Source of the DNA: Saccostrea cucullata
Taxonomy: Eukaryota
Direction of reading: 5' to 3'
DNA: 64,000 bases
Assembly (NCBI RefSeq): GCF_032062105.1
Contig: NW_026920084.1
Span: 62,001-126,000, forward strand
In this document: positions 51,022 to 64,000 of the stretch, piece after piece
Layout: each line of letters opens with the position of its first letter
Position numbering within the stretch: the stretch's first letter is position 1
Program-made: the position numbers and the translations under genes
The notes under the pieces: model-generated
Seen by the model: only the letters and a program-made list of their open reading frames with translations
Databases searched by the model: none
Told to the model about the DNA's origin: nothing

Positions 51022-54000
51022 ATGAAAAGAAAGGTTTCAACGACGGATTTCGACACTGTGGATTTATTACGGGTACATGCCATCATCTGTTATATTAAAT
51101 TATTATATACTAATATCCAACGATTAGGAGACGACCATTTGATTCGGGAATGGGGGGGGGGGGGCTGGCAAAAAAAAAATTCCGAGTCAGATTTTTTTTT
51201 CGTGTCGTTGAAGGAGATATTATTTATTTCCAAGAAGATTAAATACAGATTATTTATATACACTGTACACTGAATAAAATCTTACCAACAAATTATTTTT
51301 CTTCTTTCCAAAATCTGCCCCCCCCCTTCAGAATCAAATGTCGTTCCCTTAACGATTTTGTACAGTCTAGACGGGATTGCAAATTATTGCATGATTAATA
51401 TCTTAATTTTATAATCGAATCAAATGGAGTAAGGGGGCGGTTTATGATGGTGTTTAACTGACTGTTCTAGCCTATATATAAGTTCGTAATAAAACCCTAT
51501 AGAACAAAAATTCTTAACCTCTAACTACTCAAGATGTGTAGCACTTGATTTTTTTTTTATCAGTTAGAGGTAGGCTGGCTACTTACTAATAATAATTCAG
51601 GAGCTCTTGCAAGGATGTAGACCCTTTTCCTATGACACATTTTGTCTAGGAGTTATTCCCCCTAGCCGCCATATTGTGGGGCAACATTCCCAGATCCCTT
51701 CATTATTCAACCAAGTTCAACTTGTTATACTGGTTACTGAGGTAAAGATAATGCTATTTTTCTTATGAATATACGTTTGTTAAAGCCTCTATTAATTCAT
51801 AATTATAAGATTGGAAACATTTCCCCCCATATATTTCTTGCATGCGCATTTAAAATTGGTTGCTCAAAGAGGTAAATTCACTACTTTGCCCTACAAGAGT
51901 AAGGGGAATAATAGGCAAAATATGTCACAGGAAAAGGGTGTATAACCTGCAAAGTGAAAATAATATTTTCATTAGTAGTTTACGATATCATTGTATTTCA
52001 AGATAGAACGTTTTTGAGGATTTATTTTTCTATGAATTAATTTTTTAAGAGAAAGGGTATAACTTTATAGAGAAAACTATGAATTGGGTGGCAACTGATA
52101 TTTTTTTTTAACTTTGCTGTTTATAATTTCAGCCAGCAAAAAGGCGCAGACTAGACGACGATAATCAAACGGATGGGCCTGGTGCTGCTGCACCCTGTCA
52201 CCAAAATCAGGCCGCAGACAGTCATTTGATACTGGCCAAAAATGTCGTGTCATCTACTCAACATGACTCCAGAGAGAAAGAAATACTCCATGTTGCTCAA
52301 ATGGAAGACAAGCAGACACCTAATGCTAACTTACAAAGTGAAACTGACAGAGTAGAGAACACCAATGTGCCTGTGGACGACCAGAAAGAACAGCCCTCAC
52401 AAATCAACAGATTTTTGCTGTGGCTTCTAAATATATACCCCAGCAAACAACGAGTAGTACTGAAACCGCCACCAATACCACAACAAAATGAGCTGAATAA
52501 ACCAAGCCTCAGTAATAATGGGGTAGGTATACAGATTTTTTTTCAACTTTGTCTAAAGTCTATCATTTCGTTTTATTTATTTTCAAAATTGCTATAACTT
52601 GCTATTTCTCTCAAAAATAAAGCTTTCGTTATCTGAATTTGCAGGAAGGAGCAACAAAAGTATGCGAGGACTTTCCTGGCTCGTCTTCTGGTCTGACAAT
52701 ACTGGCCCAGACTGCATTATCAGCTGATTACCTTTCCAGTAACAGTTACCCAACAAAAAGTGCAGAAACTGACACAAAGACAATCACCGAAGGAGTGAGA
52801 AGTCAGCCCTCCAAACTTGACCGACTTTTGTCTTATCTTATGCCTTCTGGTTATCCTTCTGAGACAGGACCAGGGTCATCAACCAAATCAGTCTGTCACA
52901 GGGAGGCGGATAAACCGAGCGGCAGTTCTCAGGTGAGTATTATACTAGTAGTCACGTGTAATCATATTACTAGTATTTTGTTAGTTACATTAATGAAATA
53001 TTACAGCGGTATAAATATGTGACATTTCTTTCAAATCTAGCCAAGTCATAAAGGAATGCAGGTAATTATGATATATTTTTCATGCTTTCATTATCTGTTT
53101 TCAGTCAAACACCTCTGAAAGTACAAAAAAACGTAGAAAGGGCGTGCCACATAAGCGACCTTCCTCGTCCTCTCAGACCGCCTCGACTGAGGGCGTACCA
53201 AACAAAAAGGTCAAACTGAGTGATAAAAGTAGTTCCATCAAAAAGGCGAAAGAAAAAGTTAAAATCAAGCCACCTCAGTCACTTATTGGGCAATACAGGA
53301 GGAAATCTGAGGTGCCTAGGGTAAGTCTTTTGATGTAAATTTCTACTGTATACAAGTTTGGACAAGGACTAAAACCTCTCTCTTTCTCTCTCTTTCTCTC
53401 TCTACACATTTCCTGATTTTTCTCTTTCTGTGTCGTTCTTTAGCGACAGCCTTTCTACAACTCTCTGATCGCCAACTGGAGGAACCAGTTGGATGAATGG
53501 GTAAGACTCTATACAGAGAAAAATTAACATCTTTTTTTTTAATTAATACTACAATTACATATCTTTGATTTCTTTCCTTTACTCTGTCTTTCATACATTA
53601 TTGGTTCTTACAATACAAAAAGAGCAAGTATGTTAAAAATCAAGCCAATCACCTATAAAAAGTAAAAAAAAAAATTAAAGATGGGATTTTTCTATGAATA
53701 ACACTTTTTTTCAGAATGAAAAGAATCGAGAAATTGATTCCAAAGATGCTCACAAAATGAAGTACCCCTCTCATCTGGTGAGTCATATACCACCTGAACG
53801 TTTTTTTTAAATAGTGGGATTTTTAAAAATTATATTTTTTTATCCATAGGTTAATTAACTTTAAATTTTAAATTTAATTAATTTAAATAAATTCTTTATT
53901 TCAGCATGAGTGGTTAGAGAGAGTCAAATTTAACCACACTCGCAAATGGCAGACGCTCAAGTATTCAGAACCAAAATGGACAGCATGGCAATTAGCACAA

Positions 54001-54027
54001 ACCAACGGTTCTCCCAAACGTGCTTAA
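51022..54027 (+). CDS. Uncharacterised ~395-aa low-complexity, probably nuclear protein; coding exons 51022-51072, 52133-52522, 52645-52932, 53105-53320, 53444-53500, 53715-53777, 53905-54027; 3'UTR exon from 54165, AATAAA 54456
   Basis: Seven GT-AG exons join in phase 0 with no internal stops. NLS-like MKRK, PAKRRR, KKRRK and NKKVK are present, and the C-terminus is Trp-rich. Confidence 0.7.
51124..51352. mobile_element. Kolobok-like MITE in intron 1
   Basis: ttagg.gacgaccatttgattc / gaatcaaatg.tcgttcccttaa inverted ends. Confidence 0.5.
51622..51939. mobile_element. MITE in intron 1
   Basis: acccttttcct.tgaca.attttg.ct / ag.caaaat.tgtca.aggaaaagggt TIRs. Confidence 0.6.
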
Positions 54028-56800
54028 GTGAGTGCATTCTAAGTCTGGATGACAGTAATTATACATGGACGTGGGCATTAAAAATTCTAATGAAAGGAAT
54101 CAATTTTTATTATATGGCTGCTATAGTTTAATTTTTTTCATATATTTTATTTTCCTTTTTTCAGATTTGACATGTCGATGGCGGCCCCAAACTTTCCTTC
54201 CGCCACATAAAACTGTGCAATATATTTATGAACTTTGGTGCAATCATCACTGTGCCTGTCTGCAGGGCTAACAGTCACGTGTTATTTTTTTTTTTTACGA
54301 GCACATATTTTTTATTTTACTACTGATTCTCATGATCATGATGGCACCGAAGAATGAGATGATTTTTTTGGCTTTGCGTTTTGTTTGTTTTTAATCACAC
54401 ATCCGTCCTTTTTATCATGAATTCAATTTATACATTTGTTGAGAACTGTTTTATAAATAAAACTTTATGCCTTTTAGAAAAGAGTTCTTTCTTACAGGAT
54501 TTTTTGTAACTATCTAACAACGAATGCAGAACCTTTGCATGAATTGATAAAACTTGACCAGTACAAGTCCACGAACTTTTTGATAACTGTCCTCAGTGGT
54601 CCTTCCAGAGCTTAAACGCGCCCCCTGGTGTCCCATCCAGACTTAATGAAAACCAGGACTATGTATCCAACAATTTAACTTGAAGAATTTCATGCGTTAT
54701 TTATATGCCTTCTTTACGTTTACCGATTCAAAGAGCATAATCCATAATATCACAGAAATTACACATGGATTTCTGCTACTCACTTATTTGTGCATTTTTA
54801 TTATCACAACTGTAGATATTCCCCAAGATTATAAGAGGCTTAATTGATTTTGCCAATTACTTTCTTTGTGCTAACACCAGTCGCTTATTGTCATCTGCTT
54901 AGTCAAATTGCTTATTGCCTAATGATGTGTACTAATTGCCTATTTCTCAATAGAATGAGCTTATTGTTCTTCTGCATTACTAGCCTTATTTTCAGCTTTT
55001 GATTGTCTTTGCACATTCCTAGTGCTTTATTGCATTAGGAAATAAACATTGGGCATAGTAATTTTCAATATTAATCAATCACTTTGATTTTTTTAGTAAA
55101 CCTTTAAAAAGAAATAATCTATTGACAATGAAAAACTTCTATTCTAACAAGTCTATTCAATACAAAAAAGAAAAAAAAATCATGTATAAGAAACTCCTAT
55201 GCAGAAAAAAAACTGTAAGAATCCCTAAAACAGCTGCATGAACATATAAATGACAATAATTTACATACTGATACATGAAGTTTTCGCCAACTGTATCCTT
55301 TGTTTTCGGACAAAATATTTTCTCTTCCTGATACATATTCTCTGAGATATGAAGAGGTCTTGCTCGTTGGATGTCATGTACGATCTGTTTATATAAGACA
55401 GAACGCTTGGCATTTCCTTTTAGGGCTTTACCTTCAAATCCTATTTTTTCTTAAATGAAATATGAAGGTAACAAACAGGAATTAAGCTCAAAAGTCTGTT
55501 GAAAGTTTGAAAAAGATACCTGCTGAGAGCAGAGCAAACAGGGACCCCAAAAAACTTCAGAGGTGGGATCACGTGCCATGGAGGAGTAAGCATCGATCGT
55601 TTACATCCATTGTCATCGTGTGCTCCTTGTCACGATCGTGCTACCGGGAAAATACATAGACGTAAGGCCTAACAATTTATATAAAAATCAATTTCTGACC
55701 TAGACCAAAGAAAATAAATGAAAACAATGACACCTCTGACGTCTGTAAAAACAGAATAATTTATATTCCAGCAGCTTCAACATCCATGACAAATGAACAA
55801 GAAGTATTTGCTTGAATTATGTAAAAAAAAAATCAAGCTCAGAAGTCCAAATCAAAAGCAGAGCAAACGCAGACCTTTAAAACATCAAAGATGGAATCAG
55901 GTGACATGAAGGAGTAGGTACTCCCTTTCTACGTTCTGAGCTCCTTGTAAGAGTCAGCATTCGACTTCAGGATAGATAATTTGTAATCGCTGACAAGCTC
56001 AGTGTATCGAATATAGAACTTGCTAAATCGAGATTGTTCAGTGATATCTTTGTTCCATCAAATCGTTTGTCAATAGCTTGCATCGTTTTGGAATTTTTTT
56101 CTAGAACAGGGCATGTCCTTGCGTGACGAATCAACTGGGGGAAATGTAACCCAACATGCAGGTGATCGGGGAATAATGCTGCACAAGTAAGGGAAGCTGA
56201 CATAGAAAACATCGGTCATAATGTTTATCATTATTTTTTTTTTTTAGATTTCCATAAAGTTTTTTTTTCTAGTAAAACATTAAAACATAAAACAGATGTG
56301 TCAGTCACTAAGGAATCCAAAAACTACATATACGTACATGTCTCCCGGCTTATTCGTTACTTTTTAAAAGACTTTGCTTAATGCACGTCTGTACATCTAA
56401 AGCGATGGAAGGCTACAGCTAATGTTGATGTTACATGGATTTCAACAGCTGCTTCATATTAAAGAAAATATTTGCTTATAATGGTACTCATTGAAATTCC
56501 AAATTCCAAATTCAAATGATTTGTTAACAAAAATAACCTATACGTACATGGCAGACCTGTTTCATACCAATTTTTAAAAGACTTTGTTTTTTACAGAATT
56601 TGACTAAAACGAATGTTCACTAATAATTGATTTATACACAGATTTCACGGCGGGTGTGACAACATTTTGTAAATTTTATGGTCGTTATAATGACCTTGTT
56701 AACAAAAATAACCTATCGTTGAGTGGCAGACCTGTTTCATACCACTTCTGGATTTTCCATGAATGTTCCGTGTAATTGATTTTATGTCCTCTTCACATAT

Positions 56801-56925
56801 TGATATTGTTTATGGTTATGATATTGTTTATGGTTATGATATTGTTTAAGGTTATGATATTGTTTATGGAACTATGATATTGTTTATGGTTATGATATTG
56901 TTTATAGTTATGATATTGTTTATGG
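56801..56925 (+). repeat. 18-bp minisatellite (tgatattgtttatggtta) x ~7
   Basis: Direct tandem copies are visible. Confidence 0.9.
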
Positions 56926-58559
56926 ATTTTTTGAGGTCGATCACTGTACAATGTCTACATACCCTTAACATTTTCCAAATGACCGTTAACATTAAGATAA
57001 GTAAATTCACGAGTTTTAATTTTTTTGAAAAGGCAGTTGTCTATGCAAATTATCCCACATTTGTAACTGTCGTTGATGCCCTGGCATACCCAACAAATAG
57101 ACAGTGATTCCATAAATAAATTCTACAAGCTTAAGGTGACAAGATCTTGGTATACTGCAGTAGATGAACGATGTGCCTTCAAGGCTGTATTTAGTTACTC
57201 GTATATCATTGAAATAGTTTGGTTCAGGAAAAAAAATACTCACAAGTGATGGATAAACCAGGTGTTCAACTCTGTTTGTTTTGGTCTTTAGTCTCTTCTT
57301 CTGAAAACAAATGCATTGATGCAAGAATTTGAAATGAATGTGAAGCTGCTCATGCACCTATTTTTCATTTCTTTAATTACTTCTTTCTCAGTTCTGCGTT
57401 GCTATTTCCTTGGTTATCACTTGAAATATGATTAGTGCAAAAGAAAAAAAAGTCTTCAATACTTGTAATTTTAGAGGCTTGGGAACCATTTTGCGTTGCT
57501 AAAATATTCTTCAATTATGCTTTTGTTATTATTTTAAAGTTATAAAAGGGTATTTGAAATTGTTGAAAGTGTTGTTGAAAAGTGGAGATTGCAATTTTCA
57601 TGGCTAAAACCTGTTGGTTCCATCTATTCATGTATCAGATGTGACATTCACAATCTAAGGGACAAATCAATATATCAACCATAAAAAATCTCCATAACGA
57701 ACAGAATGGCAGCAATTAGTGGATCCTAGGTCATATGTTTAGTTGTTTACTCAATATTTACTGTCGAATTTTCACATTATCTTCTCTACCTTATTGAACT
57801 GAGTTTTTTTCTTTGTAATATACATGTGTATTGACATGCCATTACTGGAACTACTAGTAATACACTGCTTGAAACAGGATTTAACATTTTGAAGTCACGT
57901 TTTTTTGAATAAAAAGTATCTGCAATCGGGGAAAAAATTATCACATAGATAAGAGTGCTGAACCCCCCCAAAAATCATTTATTCTTTCATCTACAACTTC
58001 AGCTGATAAAAACTTAATTTTGATACACAAAAAAAGGAAGCTCAATTGATAATTATGCAAAAATTATCATACTCTTTTATTACTTCAAAAAAGTAAAATT
58101 GTAAATGTTCTTTTGAAAAGAACTCATTCACCCATGCCTTGGGTTCTTATAATTAGATAAGCCATCACTAAAAATAGTTCGACTTTGTGTAATTTTCTTG
58201 TTCTTAGAGTACTTGAAGAATCCCCTATGGTATACTAAACCATAACAAGATCAATATTTTATTTGATTACTTCACTAAGGAAGACATGAGTCAAATTCGA
58301 GAGAAATTATTGATGAATAAATCCACCACTCTTTCATAGAATGGCCTTACCGTGAGTGGACCTTTCTATATCAAACTTGGCTTGATTGTGGAGGAGGAAT
58401 GGTTAAAAGAAGACAAAATTGAATGCACTTTTACCGTGTACGATTCATGAAATATTTGTATGCTTTCTCGAACATTGTCCTGCCATACTGAGATATTCCG
58501 TACAAAGAAAGTCTAGATTTATTTGTCAGCAACTCAGGTACCGTACACAGGGCAAACTA

Positions 58560-59040
58560 ACCAGCTTAGCTGTATGACAAACGAGATGATTTCAACTTTT
58601 CCATCTGCATTTATGACGTAATATTCCGCTATCACCTGAATATTAACATCTCCCTAATTTGATACTAAAGAGCATGTTCCGACTAAAATCAGTTTTTAAA
58701 CGGAGACAGCTACTAACAGATAAGTTGCTGTAACAGGAATTTCAGAAACCTAGTTTAAAGTCAGTGTTACGTAAATACTATTTGTCGTTATAATGGTCTT
58801 GTTAGCAAATATGAACTATCAATAAGTCCCATTTTGGCTGTTTTGTTTCATACCAATTGTTAGGTCTTGTTTTGGTACAGAATTGCACTGCGAAATATCC
58901 CATTTACTCATCAATACACAATGCTCATAGCGGGTGCGACCGGTCGACAGCTAGGGGATGGTTTCTTAATCTAGGCCACTGATTCCAACTCTGGAATTCC
59001 AAGGTGTTTATGCCCTCTTCATGGAATTTTATTGTTTAAA
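58560..59040 (+). mobile_element. Degenerate Penelope-like 3' fragment
   Basis: tatgacaaacgagatgatttcaacttt (YDKRDDFNF), similar to 34420-34900. Confidence 0.55.
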
Positions 59041-61214
59041 GATTTTTTTTGACTGATAACTTTTTTATTTTCATAGTGGGTATTAAAGCTTTGAGCAGAT
59101 TAGTCACAAAACTGATGAACATGTACCGTATATAAATTAATAATAATAATCTGCAAAGTCTTATCTTTGAATTGTTTGAATTTTGATTAATTTTGAAAAC
59201 ACAAACTTAAGTTTTGGCTGTTTCCTGAAGATAGCACATTGAAGCTTTTTCATTTTCTGACAAGTTCATTCATTTGAAGTATTTCTTGCATAGTCTTCAA
59301 AACTGCTGACAAAGTGTCATAAAACGACCATTTATTAAAGACCAACTTGATGAATTTAAAATGTCAGATAACATATTTAAAATATTATTTTGTTGATATA
59401 ATGATATATTGATAGGTTACATCAGTACATGTAAGATTTTGTGATACACTAAAATATATTTATATGGCAGATATTGCATGGTTGTGGCACCTATTAGTCT
59501 TAGTTGTCAGGTTTATTTCTGCTTTTATACAGATTGTTTTAATCAGAGTAACCCGTATATGTCTGGTATTTTAGTAATTTAAAACATCTGTGCATTCCCT
59601 CTGAGTCCAAGGCACATCAAAGATTTTTTTTCAGATTATGATAAAAACTGGTAATTTAAAGAGATGTGGGCCAGTTTTTTTTTCTTGCCTTGGGGGAGGA
59701 CTAATCGCGGAACAGATTTGAAATTTTATCCTCTTATACTTTTTGCGTAGATTTGCCATTTGGAGACTAAATATAAATAAATACTTCTCTGTTGTACTAA
59801 CTTAATTAGCAAAAAGACTTATTCTAATTGGCTGCACTTGACTGCACACGTTCTGGTGTACTCAGGTGTGTTCAGGCCTGTGGCCATTCTTATGTTTTGT
59901 AAAACAGTAATCTTGTTTGTTTTATAAGATTAAATATTGTTTAAATGATTAATTTTGGAAAGCTTCTTTTCCTCATAATGCTACATTTTCTTAAAATAAT
60001 TCTTCCTTGACCGCTGTTTCATATGTGTTATTTGAGAAAACTTACCTAGGCTTGAATCATTCTTCCATTTTTAAACGTAAGGATACTTTAAACAGATTTG
60101 TTTCGTGTACATTTTCAGTCTTTTTGCAAGTCCCTATTTTTGCCACATATTGTTTATACATGTAATGGGAGAGTTTAATCTTTTTTGTTCAGTTTTTGAT
60201 CGCCATCCAATACTTGACAATCTATATCACCTTTTAGCTTCTTTTTGAGATTTTTTTCAAGGTCATCATCAAGAAATATTGCAAAGAACATTTACTTTAA
60301 CAAAGTACCAGGATAACCATAGTTCTGCCTCAGAAATAAAATGAAAGTAAATAAAAAAAATTATTTGTATTTTTTGCGAGGTACGAGCTTTTATTGTCTT
60401 CATTCAGGGTTTGATTCCTCAGACCAATTAAATTTTATAAATTTATAAAAATTTTAAATTAAATAAGGTTTCATTAAACATGACTACAAGAAATGGTATG
60501 AATTTTCTGCTTAGAAGGCTTCATATGTACTATAAAACTTCTCCAAGAGCCTCTGTGGGCCTCCCTAAAACCGCCCTCTAAAGGGACCTCAAGGTGGGCC
60601 TATAAATCAATTAGCGCCCCTCTAACTTAGAATTTGTCCCCAGACTATTAGAATCAAACTTTAATCTTCACACTTTTACAAATCAGCTTGACTTCAAAGC
60701 ATTCTTTAATTATCACTATAAGCGGTTAATCTTTGATTTTAAATGGTAAAATAACATTGTCATTTTTTAGCTTTCTTCGTGAGTCGACATGTGAGACAAT
60801 TCCTTTTGATTATTGCTTTGTAATTTGGTTTATTCAATAATTTCGCAAAAAAAAAAAAAAAAAAAAATCGTTTAATTCTCCCTCACCTTTTTTGAAGTCA
60901 AAGTGTTGCAATTTATTCTTTATAATTTGTTAAATCTACTTAAATCGTGACTCTCGACCTTCAAAGGTAACTTTATTTGCACTTTTTGCGACCTGGCCAT
61001 TGATCTCGAACACATGCATGTTTGGATTAAATAATTACACACTTCATTAGAATGAAACAATAATTTTTCATTGAAAAAAAAATTTAAAAGAAGATGGGTG
61101 AACAAAGCCTGCTGAATGGCTACAGAGCGACAAACATGAAAGTCACAAACTAAATCTCAATTATTACAAATTTTCTTTGATATTTCATCAAACATTAACA
61201 TTCTACATGCTTTG

Positions 61215-61430
61215 TTTAGAGCACTTGCGTCGAGGGTTCAAATCCCACTGTGGAACGTTCCGCAGAAGGTGCTGGCACAAAAAAGATCCCTCACTGCTTA
61301 ATGGCCGTAAGTGCCGAGTATATAAAGGTCAGAATTTATAGTCGGTTCGCCACGACAGGGGGTAGCGTCTCCAAAGAGTGAGAAAAAAAATCTCTCGAGA
61401 GACGTTACACAACAAACAAACGATCAATCA
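61215..61430 (+). mobile_element. tRNA-derived SINE
   Basis: B-box ggttcaaatccc, aaagatccctc body and (caaa)n tail. Confidence 0.55.
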
Positions 61431-61934
61431 ATCTTTTGACCTGCAATATAGATTCTCTTTCTTTTACATTTATATTGTAACATCACATTATACAGTATTT
61501 TAAGTAATTCAAACATCAGAATTCAATCCATCCTATTTTCAAACATTTATTTAACCCTGTCGTACTCCAATTATTTTTAATGTATCCACAAGCTGTTGTC
61601 TTCAAAACAAATTTGTATTGTTGTATTTCCTGTAATAACGCGGATGAGTAATATTTGTTTTTTAATAATTGGACATATTTTATTGACCATATGAAATATG
61701 CCACCATACTCACAGCCTGTAGAAGTATGCGGAAATATTTTTCAACACATGCCTGACTACAAATGGATTCAAATGAAATCTCTATATATTAACACCAGAT
61801 CAATGTATCGATCTTTGAATAATCTCTCTACATCCATTCTTACTGGTTCTTGTTTATATGACTTTTTGATCATAAACAAAAACGAAAGAAAACCATTACA
61901 TTGCATCACATCATAGATTTGAGATGACGCCAAT

Positions 61935-62800
61935 AACAAGATGCCGATGGGCCACAACGCCCACCTGATTCATTATGTACCTGCTGTTCTCTATAAGCAG
62001 CTTTATTCCCTATAAAATCTTTTTATTGCTTCCCCGTACACTCAGTGGTCATGATTTTAACAAACCTGAATCTAATCTAACTGAAAGTGTCATTTATATG
62101 AGTAATTATCCCTGCTATTTAAATTTTTTTTTAAAACTCTGATCGTGCATTTTGGGTCACCCTCTTATGGGATCATGATTTTAACAATTGTGATTCTACA
62201 CAAACCGAATCCACAATTATGCCATATAATTACTACTTGGCACATATTTGCTGCTTTTGAGTAGACTTTTCCTTTAGATATATGCATAATTTTTTTTATC
62301 GTCCATTGTGGCCCCATATCCTATCCAAAGGACAAAATTTGTATTTTCTCTTCCTGTAGATTCTTTCATACCAATATTAATTATCATGTCCTTGCTTATT
62401 CTTGAAAAGAATATTTTAAAATATTTTCCTATATACATGTACATGTACTCGTATTCCTAAGTAAAACTTTGCTTGCTTAATTTGGCCCCACTCTACTCAC
62501 GGGGGTCATGATTTAAAAAAAAAAACCTTACAACGATATGTATAATGATCAGACGGTTTAAATAATTTTATCTTTCCTGGTCCATTAATTGGCACATAAA
62601 AAAGAATAAATTATTAAAAGATGTCAATTAATTTTAAAATTCTATGTAACATCCCTTGAAATAGGACTCGATTCTTCTTTGGATGCATTATTGCAAGTTT
62701 GGTCAAAACTGACCTAGTGCTTCTAGAGAAAAAGATTGAATATGTGAAACTTTACAACGACAGACAAATTTCGGAAAAGCCTTTGGTCCCGACTTCCATA
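61935..62800 (-). mobile_element. Old degenerate HINE-type element with ~160-bp internal repeats
   Basis: aacaagatgccgatgggccacaacgcccacctga end, repeated gg.tcatgatttt, and a gacagac tract near 62760. Confidence 0.55.
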
Positions 62801-63693
62801 CAACTGTAGTAAGATTTAATATTATGCAAAAAAGCGATCAAAGTGTGAAGAACAATTACGCCTCTCTGTGAAATCCTAGATGGCAATCTCACGCGCGTGC
62901 ATATTTAAAAGATAAATCAAGACAATATCTCCTGTGTTATCTAATTATACCAGTTCTCCAAAATGTCGATTTTAATGCGTATAATTATGGTGTTCTTACA
63001 AACACTGGTATTTCACTAATTCTCAAACATCTGTCCGGAATATTTTGCCTTCTCTAAGGAATGGGCATCAATAATCTTTATTTACTTGTTCATGCATTTT
63101 CCATCAGTTACGGTTTCGTGTTCAGCTAGATCTAATTTGAAACGTGTTGTACCCGATATAAATGCATTCACAGTTCATTTTAGAAGTGTAAAATTCTCTC
63201 TATTTTTTGAATATTTTCTGTAAATCTGACTTTATTTCTTTAAAAAAAAATCTGTAATGCAAAAATAGACCAATTAATTCAAATATTTCTTGAAAGGTCA
63301 TGGATTTTCATTCTCTATCGTTATCAAGGGTTATCAATATCTATTCAGTTGGGTAATGTGAATTGTAAGTCAAGCATAATTTTGACCGTCTTCCTTGGTC
63401 TAAAGTTGGCAGCTAATACAATGGAATAGACAGTCAGACGGAAGAGGAACATCAATACATTACTCTCAAAAGAAAAACGGAGAGAAGGTATTCTCCCGGC
63501 ACTTCCTTTCCGAGCTTCTATAGGGAGCATTGTTGGCTATTAATTAGCAGATGGCTCGATGTGTCAAGAGTCCGGAAAATTCTCCACAGTTTTTAGGTAT
63601 GAAAATGTTGAGAATGAACATGTATCAATACAAGAATAGTCTAGAGTTTAAATTAATTTGAATAGTAAAGCTGTTTTTATTAGTGACATATTT

Positions 63694-64000
63694 ATTATAC
63701 CCCCTCCCCACTTGAAAAGTGGGAGAGTATATAGTGATCTGGATTTCCGTCCGTCTGTACGTCTGTCTGTTACGGTTTGGGGTACACATCTCTTATCTTC
63801 AACTCCTCTTATACTACCGAATAAAATTTAATTAGACTTTCACAGAATCGATATTATCTTTGTTATATAGCGCTGTTGTGCACCTTTTATTTTCCTTTTT
63901 GATCGGACACGTATTTTTAGTTTTCCAAAGCAAAACATGGATACTGTCATTCTTTCTATAATGTTGAAGGGTATACCCTTGATCTGCGCATGGTTTTGAA
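63694..64000 (+). mobile_element. HINE-like element 5' part (continues beyond the window)
   Basis: ttatacccctcccc...gggagagtata hairpin and (ctgt)n tract, homologous to 2040-2360. Confidence 0.65.

Noticed and set aside
53041-53061. 21-nt in-frame microexon (PSHKGMQ) in the orphan gene
   Set aside because: It has good splice sites but would leave a 43-nt downstream intron, probably too short. Left out pending RNA-seq.
54500-64000. Additional protein-coding genes in the distal 9.5 kb
   Set aside because: I found only short AT-rich ORFs, decayed repeats and a minisatellite, and no coherent exon chain.

Overview
AT-rich, intron-rich animal genomic DNA. The repeat families look like those of a bivalve mollusc, probably an oyster (inference). 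From left to right the window holds: NSMCE1 (- strand, 7 coding exons) head-to-head with DDX24 (+ strand, ~17 exons, one U12-type intron); a small two-exon gene with a predicted signal peptide that the ORF track misses (- strand); two tandem heparan-sulfate 3-O-sulfotransferase (HS3ST) paralogs, one canonical and one with degenerate PAPS/substrate motifs; and an unrecognised multi-exon gene with NLS-like clusters. Dispersed through it are many Helentron-type non-autonomous elements with internal tandem repeats, MITEs, SINE and Penelope-like relics. The standout is an apparently intact and very young 7.26-kb DNA transposon (41704-48960) with ~545-bp near-identical TIRs and a 9-bp TSD. It carries two convergent ORFs, each starting at the inner edge of a TIR. 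One is a P-element/THAP9-type DDE transposase with an RFX-like winged-helix N-terminus instead of THAP and no obvious C-terminal domain. The other is a PIF1 helicase fused to what looks like that missing P-transposase C-terminal domain plus a SAP-like motif.
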